A DNA stretch of 64,000 nucleotides from Candidatus Babeliales bacterium (GCA_036260945.1 DATALT010000002.1:876529-940528); one strand, 5' to 3'; positions 54,144-63,229 are shown, counted from the first letter of the stretch. Made by a program: numbers and translations. The notes: generated from the letters alone by a model not told the origin.

Positions 54144-56822
54144 ATGATGCAAAAATTTGTTTTTTTATTTTTTCTGACGATGAATGCACTCTTTTTGAAT
54201 GCAATTCAAATTCCTACTATTTATAAAAAACAATTATCAAATGGCCTTACCGTTTTAGTTCGGCCAGCAGATACAATGCAAAAAGTATCCGTGCAAGTTT
54301 GGTACAATATTGGTTCAAAAGATGAAGATTTAAGGGAAAAAGGCCTTGCGCATTTTATTGAACATATGATTTTCAAAGGAACGGAGATCCTTTCTGAATC
54401 AGATATTCCAGAAATTACCAAAATCTTATCGGGCTATGCAAATGCAATGACATCATATGATACAACCAATTACCTTTTTAATCTCCCACCTGCATACTGG
54501 AAGGAAGCGTTGCCGCTCATTGCCGATTGCATGAAAAACTGCACATTTAAAGAAGATATTTTAAATGCAGAGCTTAAAGCAGTTATCGCAGAAATGAAAA
54601 AATATCATGATGATTTCAAACGGATCCTTATTCAAAAGTTAATTGGCTCCATTTTTCCTGATCATCCATATCATTATCCTATAATCGGATTCAAACAAGA
54701 TCTCTGGAATCTCAGCCGTGCAAATCTCCATGAGTTCTATAAGAAACATTATCTTCCTAATAATGCCACGCTTGTTATTATTGGTAAGGTTGATCCGCAA
54801 GAAGCATTCGAACTGACGGAAAAATATTTTTCATCAATAGAACCAAACTTTGCCTACAAAAAAAATCGCACTCATTTAGCGTCCGATATTAGCGCCCAAA
54901 CAGTAATTCTTTACCGCGACGTGCAAGTTCCTTATGTTGTGCTTGGATGGGTTATTCCAGGGTTTAGGAAAAAACTGCACCCTACTATTTCACTTGTTCA
55001 TAGCGTACTTACCGGCGGAAAAATGAGCCGCTTACATCATTTGTTGGTCGATCAACTTCAACTTGTAACCTCAGTTGGCAGCTTATCATGGGCGCTTTTT
55101 GATCATGATGTATTTTTAATTGCATGCGAGCCCAAAAAAATTGATGATCTTCAATTAATTATCGATCACATCCAAAAAGAGCTTACCCAACTTGCTCGTG
55201 AAGGCCTCACGACGCAAGAGTTGGATCGCATTTGCAAGCAATATCAAACACAACAATACGACACCCTAGAAAATAATTACGGCCAAGCATCGCTTCTTGG
55301 AAAATCATACTCATGCCTTCAAGATGAATATTATCCGTATATTGATCACTGGAGCGATCGGGCTCAACACAACAAAAAAGCGAGAGAATTCGTTCAGGAT
55401 TATTTGCGCCCATCAGTTATGCACAAAGGCATACTGTTACCTCTCAGTGACGACGAGAAAGGATACTGGACGCAAATGCAAAAAGCTTCCGACAACGAAG
55501 ATGCCGCACTTCTTGCCGGAAGAATTCGCGAAAGTGCTGTCGAGCCGGTTGCCTACGCATCCGAGTTGTCGATACCCCAAGTTGCGCAATCGACCTATCC
55601 AGTGCCAAAAATAATAAACCTTAGCAACGGCCTCACCGTATTTTATTATCACAAACCCTCAATACCAAAGATTTCGGCAAGCATTATGCTAAAAGCCGAT
55701 GAATATTACGATTCTGAAACCCTGCCTGGCCTGTACCGAATTCTTGCAACGATGCTTGTTGAAGGCGGCACTAAACAGCATACTGCAGATGAGATCGCTG
55801 AGTTGATTGAAGCTAATGCAATCGGCCTTAATATGTCACCAGGATCGGTTGATCTTAATGTTCTCAAAGAAGATTTTGAAACTGCTTTAGAGCTATCGAG
55901 AGAATTACTCTCTGAGCCGAATTTTGATGAACAAGCTTTAGAAAAGGTACGTGATTGGACCCGAAGAGATTATAAATATTTTTTACAAAATCCAGATTCA
56001 ATCGCATTCCAAAAAATAAAAGAATATATTTTCCCATTTCATCCAAAAAGCAAAAACAGTCTCGGCACTCCTGAATCGATCGAAAAAATCACACGGGAAG
56101 ATCTCTTCCATTTTCATAATGTTCATATAAGTCCCGATCAAGCAAGTATGGCAATCGTCGGGGATCTTGATGGTATAGATCTCAAAAACCTGCTTGAAAA
56201 TACCATTGGTTTATGGCGCGGACCAAAAATTGAGGACATAAAAACCCAAATTCCCAAAACCGTTAAATCCAAAACTATCACGATAGAAATGCAGCGGGAT
56301 CAAACAGTACTTATTTTTGGTGGACTATCAGTAGATCGTAATCATCCAGATTATGAAAAGCTTCTTCTTTTTGAACAACTATTTGGTAATGGCATTGGCT
56401 CGAAGCTATTCGAATTGCGGGAAAAATCTGGAGCATTTTACAGCATTCGAGGATCGCTCATATCAGGAAGTGGAAAATATCCAGGAATGTTTTTTGTTCA
56501 CACCGCTGTTTCAAATGATCGATTGCAAGAAGCTGAGAATCTAATTACAGAAGCAATAGAAAAGTCTATTGATTCGGTAATGCCCCATGAGCTTGAAGCG
56601 GCAAAAAGAAGGGTATTGCTGGCTCCCGACGATTTTTATTCAACTAACGGTTCAATAGCGAGCGCATTTTTGTTTCTCAACGAATTTGAATTGCCATGGG
56701 ATTATTTTACTAAGCTAACTGAAAGGATTAATGCTATAACGCTTGATGAAGTTAAAACCGCGGTGAAAAAGGTTTTAAGAACCGATGCGATGGTTACCAT
56801 TAAAGTGGGTCGCGTAAGTTAA
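54144..56822 (+). CDS. M16 family zinc peptidase, double-length, with signal peptide (paralog of 50918..53551)
   Basis: HFIEHMIFKGT. Collinear similarity to the first copy (YPIIGFKQDLWN in both). N-terminus MMQKFVFLFFLTMNALFLNA. Confidence 0.85.
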   Translation: MMQKFVFLFFLTMNALFLNAIQIPTIYKKQLSNGLTVLVRPADTMQKVSVQVWYNIGSKDEDLREKGLAHFIEHMIFKGTEILSESDIPEITKILSGYANAMTSYDTTNYLFNLPPAYWKEALPLIADCMKNCTFKEDILNAELKAVIAEMKKYHDDFKRILIQKLIGSIFPDHPYHYPIIGFKQDLWNLSRANLHEFYKKHYLPNNATLVIIGKVDPQEAFELTEKYFSSIEPNFAYKKNRTHLASDISAQTVILYRDVQVPYVVLGWVIPGFRKKLHPTISLVHSVLTGGKMSRLHHLLVDQLQLVTSVGSLSWALFDHDVFLIACEPKKIDDLQLIIDHIQKELTQLAREGLTTQELDRICKQYQTQQYDTLENNYGQASLLGKSYSCLQDEYYPYIDHWSDRAQHNKKAREFVQDYLRPSVMHKGILLPLSDDEKGYWTQMQKASDNEDAALLAGRIRESAVEPVAYASELSIPQVAQSTYPVPKIINLSNGLTVFYYHKPSIPKISASIMLKADEYYDSETLPGLYRILATMLVEGGTKQHTADEIAELIEANAIGLNMSPGSVDLNVLKEDFETALELSRELLSEPNFDEQALEKVRDWTRRDYKYFLQNPDSIAFQKIKEYIFPFHPKSKNSLGTPESIEKITREDLFHFHNVHISPDQASMAIVGDLDGIDLKNLLENTIGLWRGPKIEDIKTQIPKTVKSKTITIEMQRDQTVLIFGGLSVDRNHPDYEKLLLFEQLFGNGIGSKLFELREKSGAFYSIRGSLISGSGKYPGMFFVHTAVSNDRLQEAENLITEAIEKSIDSVMPHELEAAKRRVLLAPDDFYSTNGSIASAFLFLNEFELPWDYFTKLTERINAITLDEVKTAVKKVLRTDAMVTIKVGRVS

Positions 56823-56864
56823 TTTGTACTTTTTATCGTCAGCTTTAATCCATATATTTTCTAA

Positions 56865-56902
56865 GACAAAGGGGAAAAATAGCCCTTTTGTCACATTTTT
56901 TT
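56865..56902 (+). terminator. rho-independent terminator after the second M16 gene
   Basis: GACAAAGGGG-aaaaatag-CCCTTTTGTC (one G.U pair) followed by ACATTTTTTT. Confidence 0.6.
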
Positions 56903-57109
56903 AAAGTTTTGTTATAATGAACAATTACTGGGCTAAACAGTCTGAATTAATGCGCAGATTGGTCATTTTTTATACGAACTTTGACCCCACCGCTCTTGTA
57001 AGAAATAAAATCCTGGCCGTTTTTAAAAGAAGCGGCCAGTGATTTCTGGATTGAGGGAAGAAAATGAGTCGCAAATTATATTGAAAAATTGCGCTCTTTA
57101 GGAAAATTA

Positions 57110-58255
57110 ATGGCAAAAGTACTGATTTTTACGAGTCATGGTGGCGGCGGCCATATATCGGCTTCGAATGCAATTATCGAATATTTAAAAGATGAGCATC
57201 AAGCGTATTCTGTCGCTCTTTTTCGCGATGTATTGCCCCCTATGGATCCCTTTCGAATAATGACCTTTAATACCATGGATTGCGAAGAGGCGTATAATTT
57301 TTTCTTGCGTCGTAAATGGTCTCGCGCTATTAACTTGCTTTGCCTTTCTGGCCTCTGGTCGATTCCATTTGTTAAATGGAAAGTTAAAAAATTACTTATT
57401 CCGTTTTTACAAAAAGAAAAACCTGATCTTATTATTTCAGTAATTCCGATTGTAAACGGCGTACTCAATGAAGTAACCCGTTCGATGAATATTCCTTTTT
57501 TAGTGATCCCTACAGATCTGGATACTTCTACATTCATTCATAATGTTCATTCAAAAATAAATGATAAATTTTTTGTGGGCCTTCCTTTTAACGATCCTGC
57601 AATTTGGAAGATAGCCGATAAAGCATGCATCTATAAAAAACAAATAGATGTCAGCGGCTTTCCACTTCGCCCGTCTTTTTTTGAGCAAAAAAACATAGAA
57701 GCTCTTAAAGAAGAGTTTCATCTTCCCAAAAATAAACCGATCATTTTTCTTTTAATGGGCGCAGTCGGATCTGAAGCGCTTTATCGGTACGTTCTGGAAT
57801 TAAAAGAGATCAAAACACCGTTTCATCTTATTGTTTGCTTGGGAAGAAATGAGGAATTGCGCATGCGCATTAATGAAATAGCATTGCCGCCGCATGTTAC
57901 CCTTTCGCTCATTGGATTCACGGAACGCATCGCCGATCTTATGGCAGTATCAAATCTTTGCATTACTAAAGCAGGCTCAGTTAGCGTAGCGGAGTCCATC
58001 TATATGAATAAACCAACGCTGCTCGATTGCACCTCAAAAAGTTTAATGTGGGAAGATTTCAATATTCATTTCATCAAAGAGCATAAATTCGGTTCATCTC
58101 TACGAAAATTGAAGAATCTTAAGAGCGTTGTTTCAGACTTTTTGGCCAATCCAAGCGAAGCAAAAGAGATCGAAAAACGATTAGCAAACTTTCCAAAACA
58201 AAACTTTTCACGTACGATAACTGACATCGTTAATAATATGTTAAGCCAAAAATAG
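57110..58255 (+). CDS. GT28 diacylglycerol glycosyltransferase (MGDG synthase / UgtP-like)
   Basis: VLIFTSHGGGGHISASNAI N-terminal motif. C-terminal GT-B half ITKAGSVSVAES. ATG at 57110. Confidence 0.75.
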   Translation: MAKVLIFTSHGGGGHISASNAIIEYLKDEHQAYSVALFRDVLPPMDPFRIMTFNTMDCEEAYNFFLRRKWSRAINLLCLSGLWSIPFVKWKVKKLLIPFLQKEKPDLIISVIPIVNGVLNEVTRSMNIPFLVIPTDLDTSTFIHNVHSKINDKFFVGLPFNDPAIWKIADKACIYKKQIDVSGFPLRPSFFEQKNIEALKEEFHLPKNKPIIFLLMGAVGSEALYRYVLELKEIKTPFHLIVCLGRNEELRMRINEIALPPHVTLSLIGFTERIADLMAVSNLCITKAGSVSVAESIYMNKPTLLDCTSKSLMWEDFNIHFIKEHKFGSSLRKLKNLKSVVSDFLANPSEAKEIEKRLANFPKQNFSRTITDIVNNMLSQK

Positions 58256-58273
58256 ATAACTTACTTTTTCACT

Positions 58274-58600
58274 ATGAATGAGCTCATTCTTTTTAACGTT
58301 TCGTTTCCTGATCAAGAAACTGCGCACCAAGCTGCGTATATGTTGCTTGAAAAAAAACTCATTGCATCAGCCCATGTACGTCCACATGAAAGCATTTATT
58401 CTTGGGAAGGAAAATTAAATCATGATCAAGAATATACGCTCTCTGCAAACACAGAAAAATCTTTCATAAGCGAAATTGAGCAAGAGATCAAAGCTCTTCA
58501 TCCACACAAAATACCTGGCATTTATTATTTTCCAATACAAGCAGAGCACAATTATGCCAAATATACCACCGATTTGCTCAAAACAAATTCCGGAGAATAA
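58274..58600 (+). CDS. cutA: divalent-cation tolerance protein CutA
   Basis: ~108 aa. LIASAHV...ESIYSWEGKL...EY.L pattern typical of CutA1. Confidence 0.75.
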   Translation: MNELILFNVSFPDQETAHQAAYMLLEKKLIASAHVRPHESIYSWEGKLNHDQEYTLSANTEKSFISEIEQEIKALHPHKIPGIYYFPIQAEHNYAKYTTDLLKTNSGE

Positions 58601-59435
58601 TAACCCCCTCCTAGTTGCTGACGAAATTGCATCGTTTCAAAAAACAATTTGGGATTATTTTAATGAGCGCGGGCGATCGTTCTCATGGCGACAAACACAA
58701 AATCCCTATCATATAGTTGTTTCTGAAGTAATGCTTCAGCAAACGCAAACATTTCGCGTCGCACCCAAATACGAACAATTCATCGCTGCGTTTCCAGATT
58801 TTCAGACGCTTGCAACTGCACAATTTTCAGAAGTTTTGCGTTATTGGAAGGGGCTTGGGTATAACCGCCGCGCGCTCAATCTGCAAAAGCTTGCTCAAGA
58901 AGTTATGCACAAATTCGGCGGAATTTTGCCCACTATTCCTGAAATTATAGACGAATTTCCTGGGATCGGCCCAGCAACCGCATCTTCAATTTGCGCATTT
59001 GCCTTTAATGCACCCAGTGTTTTTATCGAAACAAATATTCGTGCCGTTTATATTCACTTTTTCTTTCAGGGCAAAGAGAAAGTTCACGACAGTGAAATTC
59101 GGCCATTCGTTGAGCTGACGCTTGATAAAGAAAATCCCCGTTTGTGGTACTATGCACTTATGGATTACGGCGTAATGCTCAAAAAAATGTATCCCAATCC
59201 AAGTCGGAAAAGTGCACATCATACAACACAAACTAAATTTGAAGGGTCAGATAGACAAATTCGCGGCATGATTCTGCAATCACTTTTAGAATCACCAAAA
59301 CTTTCATTAATAGATCTTTTTTCTCTTATCAATCGTGAACCGACAAGAATCGAACGAATTCTTTATGAGCTCTGCAAAGAAAATCTCGTCATATCAAAAA
59401 ATAATTTCTTTCATTTACCTGGTACACTAAAATAA
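58554..59435 (+). CDS. HhH-GPD DNA glycosylase, MutY-like, lacking Fe-S cluster cysteines, with a C-terminal winged-helix-like extension
   Basis: VSEVMLQQTQ (catalytic Glu region), WKGLGYNRRA, FPGIGPATASSI (HhH-GPD). IETNIRAV replaces the usual DGNV. There is no Cx6Cx2Cx5C motif. ATG at 58554 overlaps the cutA end. Confidence 0.75.
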   Translation: MPNIPPICSKQIPENNNPLLVADEIASFQKTIWDYFNERGRSFSWRQTQNPYHIVVSEVMLQQTQTFRVAPKYEQFIAAFPDFQTLATAQFSEVLRYWKGLGYNRRALNLQKLAQEVMHKFGGILPTIPEIIDEFPGIGPATASSICAFAFNAPSVFIETNIRAVYIHFFFQGKEKVHDSEIRPFVELTLDKENPRLWYYALMDYGVMLKKMYPNPSRKSAHHTTQTKFEGSDRQIRGMILQSLLESPKLSLIDLFSLINREPTRIERILYELCKENLVISKNNFFHLPGTLK

Positions 59436-59481
59436 ACACTGCGCAATTTCTATGCGCGCATCATTTTTAGGAGTAGATTTT

Positions 59482-60534
59482 ATGAAAAAATTATTATTAT
59501 TCATGCTTTGCTTGCCTAGAATATTAAATAGCATGGAGCAAAAGGAAGAATTAAATACCCATCAAACCTATTATGGTAAAATAATTGATGCTGCATCAAT
59601 TATGCAATTGCAACCACCCTTACCTGAAAATCTACAAAAAAATATTTGGAAATGGAGTGAAAAAAATACCGTGCTACATGGAACCATTCCATATACAAAA
59701 GATGTGGCACTAACACCCGCAAGCATCAAAAACGCTCATAATGAGTTTAAAGACCTGCTAAAAAAATATGGGAATATGAGCGATTGGAACGCTGCGTTGC
59801 CGGTTGAATTTGAAGGTGAGCATTATTTTATAAAATATGCGGGCCCCGTTAATCTTGCATACACAGCTATGCATTCCCAAGATGATAATGAAGGTAAGCC
59901 TTATGGCTGGCGCCAGATCTCAGAATTTCCTGATAGTTTGCACCCAGTTACAACCTATCAAACGGTAAGCCAAGAGGCTGGCTACCTTCGACTGAGCGAA
60001 GCGATCGAAAAAAACAAACTAGGCAACAATTTTTTTGTTCCCGAAACTTGGCTCGTAATGATCAGAGGCGCCCAAGATGCATTGCCAAGCGATGATAATT
60101 GCATCGTCGTTCAAAAATCTGCACTCGACTTTGAGCCTCTACTTAACAAAAAAACTAAAGAAATTAATCCGAAGTTTCAAAATTTATCCAACGAAACCAT
60201 TCGAGCAATATTCCTTGGCATAAAAGAAAGCAGCGGCGTCCTTTGGGGAATTTACGATAATTTGAGCGTTCACACTCAGAAAGATCAAGTTGCCCAAACC
60301 GATACTGAACAACCCAACAATGAAGACGCAAGAAATTTCTTTAATAAAAATGATGCAAAACGCAAACATAATACCATTGCCGGACTCGAGGGATTTGCAT
60401 TCTTATGCCGCGATGCCCTTAAGCAAAACATTCCGGTCAAAACGCAATGTGATTATTTTAGAGAGTTAGTCCTCAAAGATGCAGAATACGGCGCAAATGA
60501 GCAACTTAAAAAAGCAGTAAATTATTCAGAATAA
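59482..60534 (+). CDS. exported protein, family PKL-B (copy 3, divergent catalytic-loop region)
   Basis: SD AGGAG upstream. Signal-like MKKLLLFMLCLPRILNS|ME. Motifs YFIKYAGPVNLAY, TTYQT, CIVVQKSA, then YDNLSVH...TDTEQ. Confidence 0.6.
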   Translation: MKKLLLFMLCLPRILNSMEQKEELNTHQTYYGKIIDAASIMQLQPPLPENLQKNIWKWSEKNTVLHGTIPYTKDVALTPASIKNAHNEFKDLLKKYGNMSDWNAALPVEFEGEHYFIKYAGPVNLAYTAMHSQDDNEGKPYGWRQISEFPDSLHPVTTYQTVSQEAGYLRLSEAIEKNKLGNNFFVPETWLVMIRGAQDALPSDDNCIVVQKSALDFEPLLNKKTKEINPKFQNLSNETIRAIFLGIKESSGVLWGIYDNLSVHTQKDQVAQTDTEQPNNEDARNFFNKNDAKRKHNTIAGLEGFAFLCRDALKQNIPVKTQCDYFRELVLKDAEYGANEQLKKAVNYSE

Positions 60535-60730
60535 AATTGATTCAAAAACAGAATTCTAAAATACTAATTGAAGCTCAAAGAAATTTATTCAACGATAAAC
60601 TGGCAGAAGGCTTGAAAGTCGCAGAAAAAAATAAATTTTTTATTGATAATCTGTTAGTGATTTTTCTGAAAACCTAAAAAATGTAAATTTTACTCAGCAT
60701 GGAGATAATTAATTCTCCATTAGAAGCAAT

Positions 60731-60780
60731 AAAAAACCCGCTCTCATGTGATTGCTCACACAAAAGCGGGTTAATTTTTT
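60731..60780. terminator. bidirectional rho-independent terminator (serves rpsR on the minus strand)
   Basis: AAAAAACCCGCT...(loop with an inner TGTGA/TCACA pairing)...AGCGGGTTAATTTTTT, with a T tract on both strands. Confidence 0.6.
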
Positions 60781-60795
60781 AGCTAATCTTAACGA

Positions 60796-61089
60796 CTAAA
60801 AATCAGCCGCGCAGTACGGAATTAACGACATTACGCGTGATTTTTTAATCATTGTTGAAAGTTCACGCTGATGGCGTGCGCAGGTGCCTGAAATACGTGA
60901 AGGCAAAATTTTGCCACGTTCAGTAAGGAAGCTGCGTAAAAGCGGCGAGTTCTTGTAATCAAGCATCGATGCTTGTTCATCACTACCGCAGAAACGGCAA
61001 TGTTTTCTTGGAACAAACGAAAGACGACGCGCTTTTTTTCTCAATAGTCGGGAGCTAATTTTTAATTTAGCCATTTTTCTTTTTGCCAT
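60796..61089 (-). CDS. rpsR: 30S ribosomal protein S18
   Basis: RKHCRFC...DYKN..LLRSFLTERGKILPSRISGTCARHQREL. Confidence 0.93.
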   Translation of the reverse strand: MAKRKMAKLKISSRLLRKKARRLSFVPRKHCRFCGSDEQASMLDYKNSPLLRSFLTERGKILPSRISGTCARHQRELSTMIKKSRVMSLIPYCAADF

Positions 61090-61098
61090 GTTCTACCT

Positions 61099-61575
61099 TT
61101 ATTCGCTCATTTCAGATTCATCAGATTCTTCAATTCCTTCTGCGTGCTTAACATCATATGAAGAAGCATTATTTAAAAGGCCCTTCATCTTGTTTTCACG
61201 CAAGAATGTATCAACATCTTGTGCTGGTGCATCTTCAAGTGACTCTGGCTTGTAGTACGCAAGTGATTGCGAACGCTCAAGCTTCGTGGTCATATGACGC
61301 ATAACAACTTGCGTATATTTAACCTTGAAGAGAGAATCGAGTTCTTTTACAAGCGCTTCGTTTTGGCCTTTATTTGCTTCAAAGCGAACCAAGAAATAAA
61401 CGCCGTAATCATTTGCCCAAATAGGGTACGCGAGGCGATATTTTCCCCAACGCTCAAATGAAATAACTGAACCTTGTGCTTTTTTTATCAGTCCATCAAT
61501 ATGGCCTTCCAACGAAGTTGCTTCATTGGCAGTAATCTCTGGAACTGCAAGAATAAGTGTTTCGTACCGTAACAT
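61099..61575 (-). CDS. rpsF: 30S ribosomal protein S6 with an acidic C-terminal extension
   Basis: MLRYETLILAVPE...WGKYRLAYPI. Directly upstream of rpsR with no ssb between them. Tail EGIEESDESEMSE. Confidence 0.9.
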   Translation of the reverse strand: MLRYETLILAVPEITANEATSLEGHIDGLIKKAQGSVISFERWGKYRLAYPIWANDYGVYFLVRFEANKGQNEALVKELDSLFKVKYTQVVMRHMTTKLERSQSLAYYKPESLEDAPAQDVDTFLRENKMKGLLNNASSYDVKHAEGIEESDESEMSE

Positions 61576-61703
61576 AGTGGTAGATCCTTTATGAAAACTA
61601 ACTGGAAGTGTTTATAAAAACACTATAAAACAACCGCTGTTTTATTTAGTTGAACATGATCCAGTATAGCTTAATTAAAGGAAATGCCAAATTATGGCTC
61701 TAG

Positions 61704-61738
61704 AAAAGCAAAACCCCACCATTTTCAGGCGGGGTTTT
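61704..61738 (-). terminator. rho-independent terminator between the repressor gene and rpsF
   Basis: Minus-strand RNA: AAACCCCGCC-ugaaaau-GGUGGGGUUU followed by UGCUUUUCU. Confidence 0.55.
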
Positions 61739-61747
61739 GAATAACTT

Positions 61748-62422
61748 TTAGATCAATTTTTGGTTACGTTGGATAACGCGGCCAATAATTCTGAAGTGGT
61801 CTTTGCCACGAATCAATGCCACCGGGGCAGATTTATGGTTAACCGACTCTAAAACAATGAAATCTTCTGTGTAAGTTACTTGCATGATAGCGCGCATTTG
61901 CGTATCGTTGCCGTACTCAACCGCTGCGATATCGCCAGACCTGGTCCAAACTTCAGGAGAAATAATCAACAAATCGCCCTTAACAAAGGTAGGAGCCATT
62001 AAGTTGCTATCAATTGAAAGTGCAAAGCATGAGCCGTCGGTCGTATTCAAAACCGGCACAAACTCATCTTTGTGGCCACTGGTAATTTGCATTAATTGGT
62101 TGTTGTAAGGAGATGGATTGGCAGGAACTTCTCCAACTACCGGCACAATTTGAACCTTAAGCTTAACATCCGCTTGCTCTGGCATACTGACGTTGCTATC
62201 AATATTGTCCGTTCGCTGCTTGCGCTGAGCAAAAAGATCTACCGGGCTAATTTCGAACGCATTAGCCAATTTTTTAAGTGAATCTTCGTTCCAGCGACGC
62301 GTGCCATTTTTTATATGAGTTAGGTAACTTTCAGACATCCCGGTCTTTTCAGCCAGTGTTTTTGTCGTCCAGCCCTTTTCTCTTAGTAATTCTTTTACAC
62401 GCAATTGTGTCGATGAAGACAT
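61748..62422 (-). CDS. XRE-family HTH + S24 (LexA/CI-like) domain repressor, catalytic dyad apparently degenerate
   Basis: N-terminal HTH LREKGWTTKTLAEKTGMSESYLTHIKNGTR. C-terminal S24-like fold with SNLMAPTFVKGDLLII where G-D-S-M-x-P-T is expected. Confidence 0.75.
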   Translation of the reverse strand: MSSSTQLRVKELLREKGWTTKTLAEKTGMSESYLTHIKNGTRRWNEDSLKKLANAFEISPVDLFAQRKQRTDNIDSNVSMPEQADVKLKVQIVPVVGEVPANPSPYNNQLMQITSGHKDEFVPVLNTTDGSCFALSIDSNLMAPTFVKGDLLIISPEVWTRSGDIAAVEYGNDTQMRAIMQVTYTEDFIVLESVNHKSAPVALIRGKDHFRIIGRVIQRNQKLI

Positions 62423-62489
62423 GGTTAAACTCCTCTTGGTAAATTTCTGTCCAATATGATAGTATGGTTCTGCATTTAATTAATTCTAA

Positions 62490-62504
62490 TTGTATCCAGT
62501 ACAA
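62490..62504. promoter_or_regulatory. candidate operator palindrome in the divergent repressor / rnhB intergenic region
   Basis: TTGTA-tccag-TACAA, a perfect 5+5 inverted repeat 68-82 nt upstream of the repressor start codon. Confidence 0.2.
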
Positions 62505-62533
62505 ATATTCTTGTCAAATGGAAAAAATGCCCC

Positions 62534-63229
62534 ATGGTAACATTTAAGATCAAAGAACGGTTCAAAAAAAACCATTATGAGGCCCTAGCATGGCAAGAAG
62601 GCCGTCTGGTATGCGGTATTGACGAAGTCGGCAGGGGGTGCTTGGCAGGCCCTGTAGTCACCGCAGCGGCGATTCTGTTGCCAAATAAGAAAAATCCTCT
62701 CATAAAAGATTCAAAGCTTTTAAGCCAAGAAGAATTACAAAAAGCGTATAAATGGCTCACAAAAAACAGTTGGTCCAGCGTTGCCATCGTAAATCATAGG
62801 GATATTGATATCTACAATATCTATCACGCTACGTTACGCGCCATGAAGCGTGCATTTATGCAACTTACAGGCAGTTGCCCTCAGCAACCCTCCACAATAC
62901 TCGTTGATGCGATGCCCCTTAATCTTCTAAGAACGCCTTATGAACATCTTGATGTTTACCATTTTCCATTCGGTGAGCGCAGATCAGATTCTATAGCTGC
63001 CGCCTCAATTATCGCTAAAGTTAAACGGGACGAGCTCATGCGCAATCTTTCACGCTCATTTCCAAACTATCATTTTGGCCAACACAAAGGATATGCTACT
63101 AATTTGCATCGGCAAGCGGTGCATATTCATGGAAGCTCAATTGTTCATAGACGCACGTTTTTAAAAGACATGTTGATTGTTAAAAAAGCTGGAACGTACG
63201 CAGAGCAACAAACACTTTTTGATTTGTGA
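62534..63229 (+). CDS. rnhB: ribonuclease HII
   Basis: GIDEVGRGCLAGPVV and DSKLLS motifs, ~230 aa. Confidence 0.92.
   Translation: MVTFKIKERFKKNHYEALAWQEGRLVCGIDEVGRGCLAGPVVTAAAILLPNKKNPLIKDSKLLSQEELQKAYKWLTKNSWSSVAIVNHRDIDIYNIYHATLRAMKRAFMQLTGSCPQQPSTILVDAMPLNLLRTPYEHLDVYHFPFGERRSDSIAAASIIAKVKRDELMRNLSRSFPNYHFGQHKGYATNLHRQAVHIHGSSIVHRRTFLKDMLIVKKAGTYAEQQTLFDL

Noticed and set aside
57064-57084. A tiny ORF (MSRKLY*) and a CTGGCCG/CGGCCAG hairpin (57014..57040) lie upstream of the GT28 gene, suggesting a possible leader peptide or attenuator.
   Set aside because: A six-codon ORF with no regulatory codon bias, and the hairpin lacks a T tract. The evidence is insufficient to call a riboswitch or attenuator.
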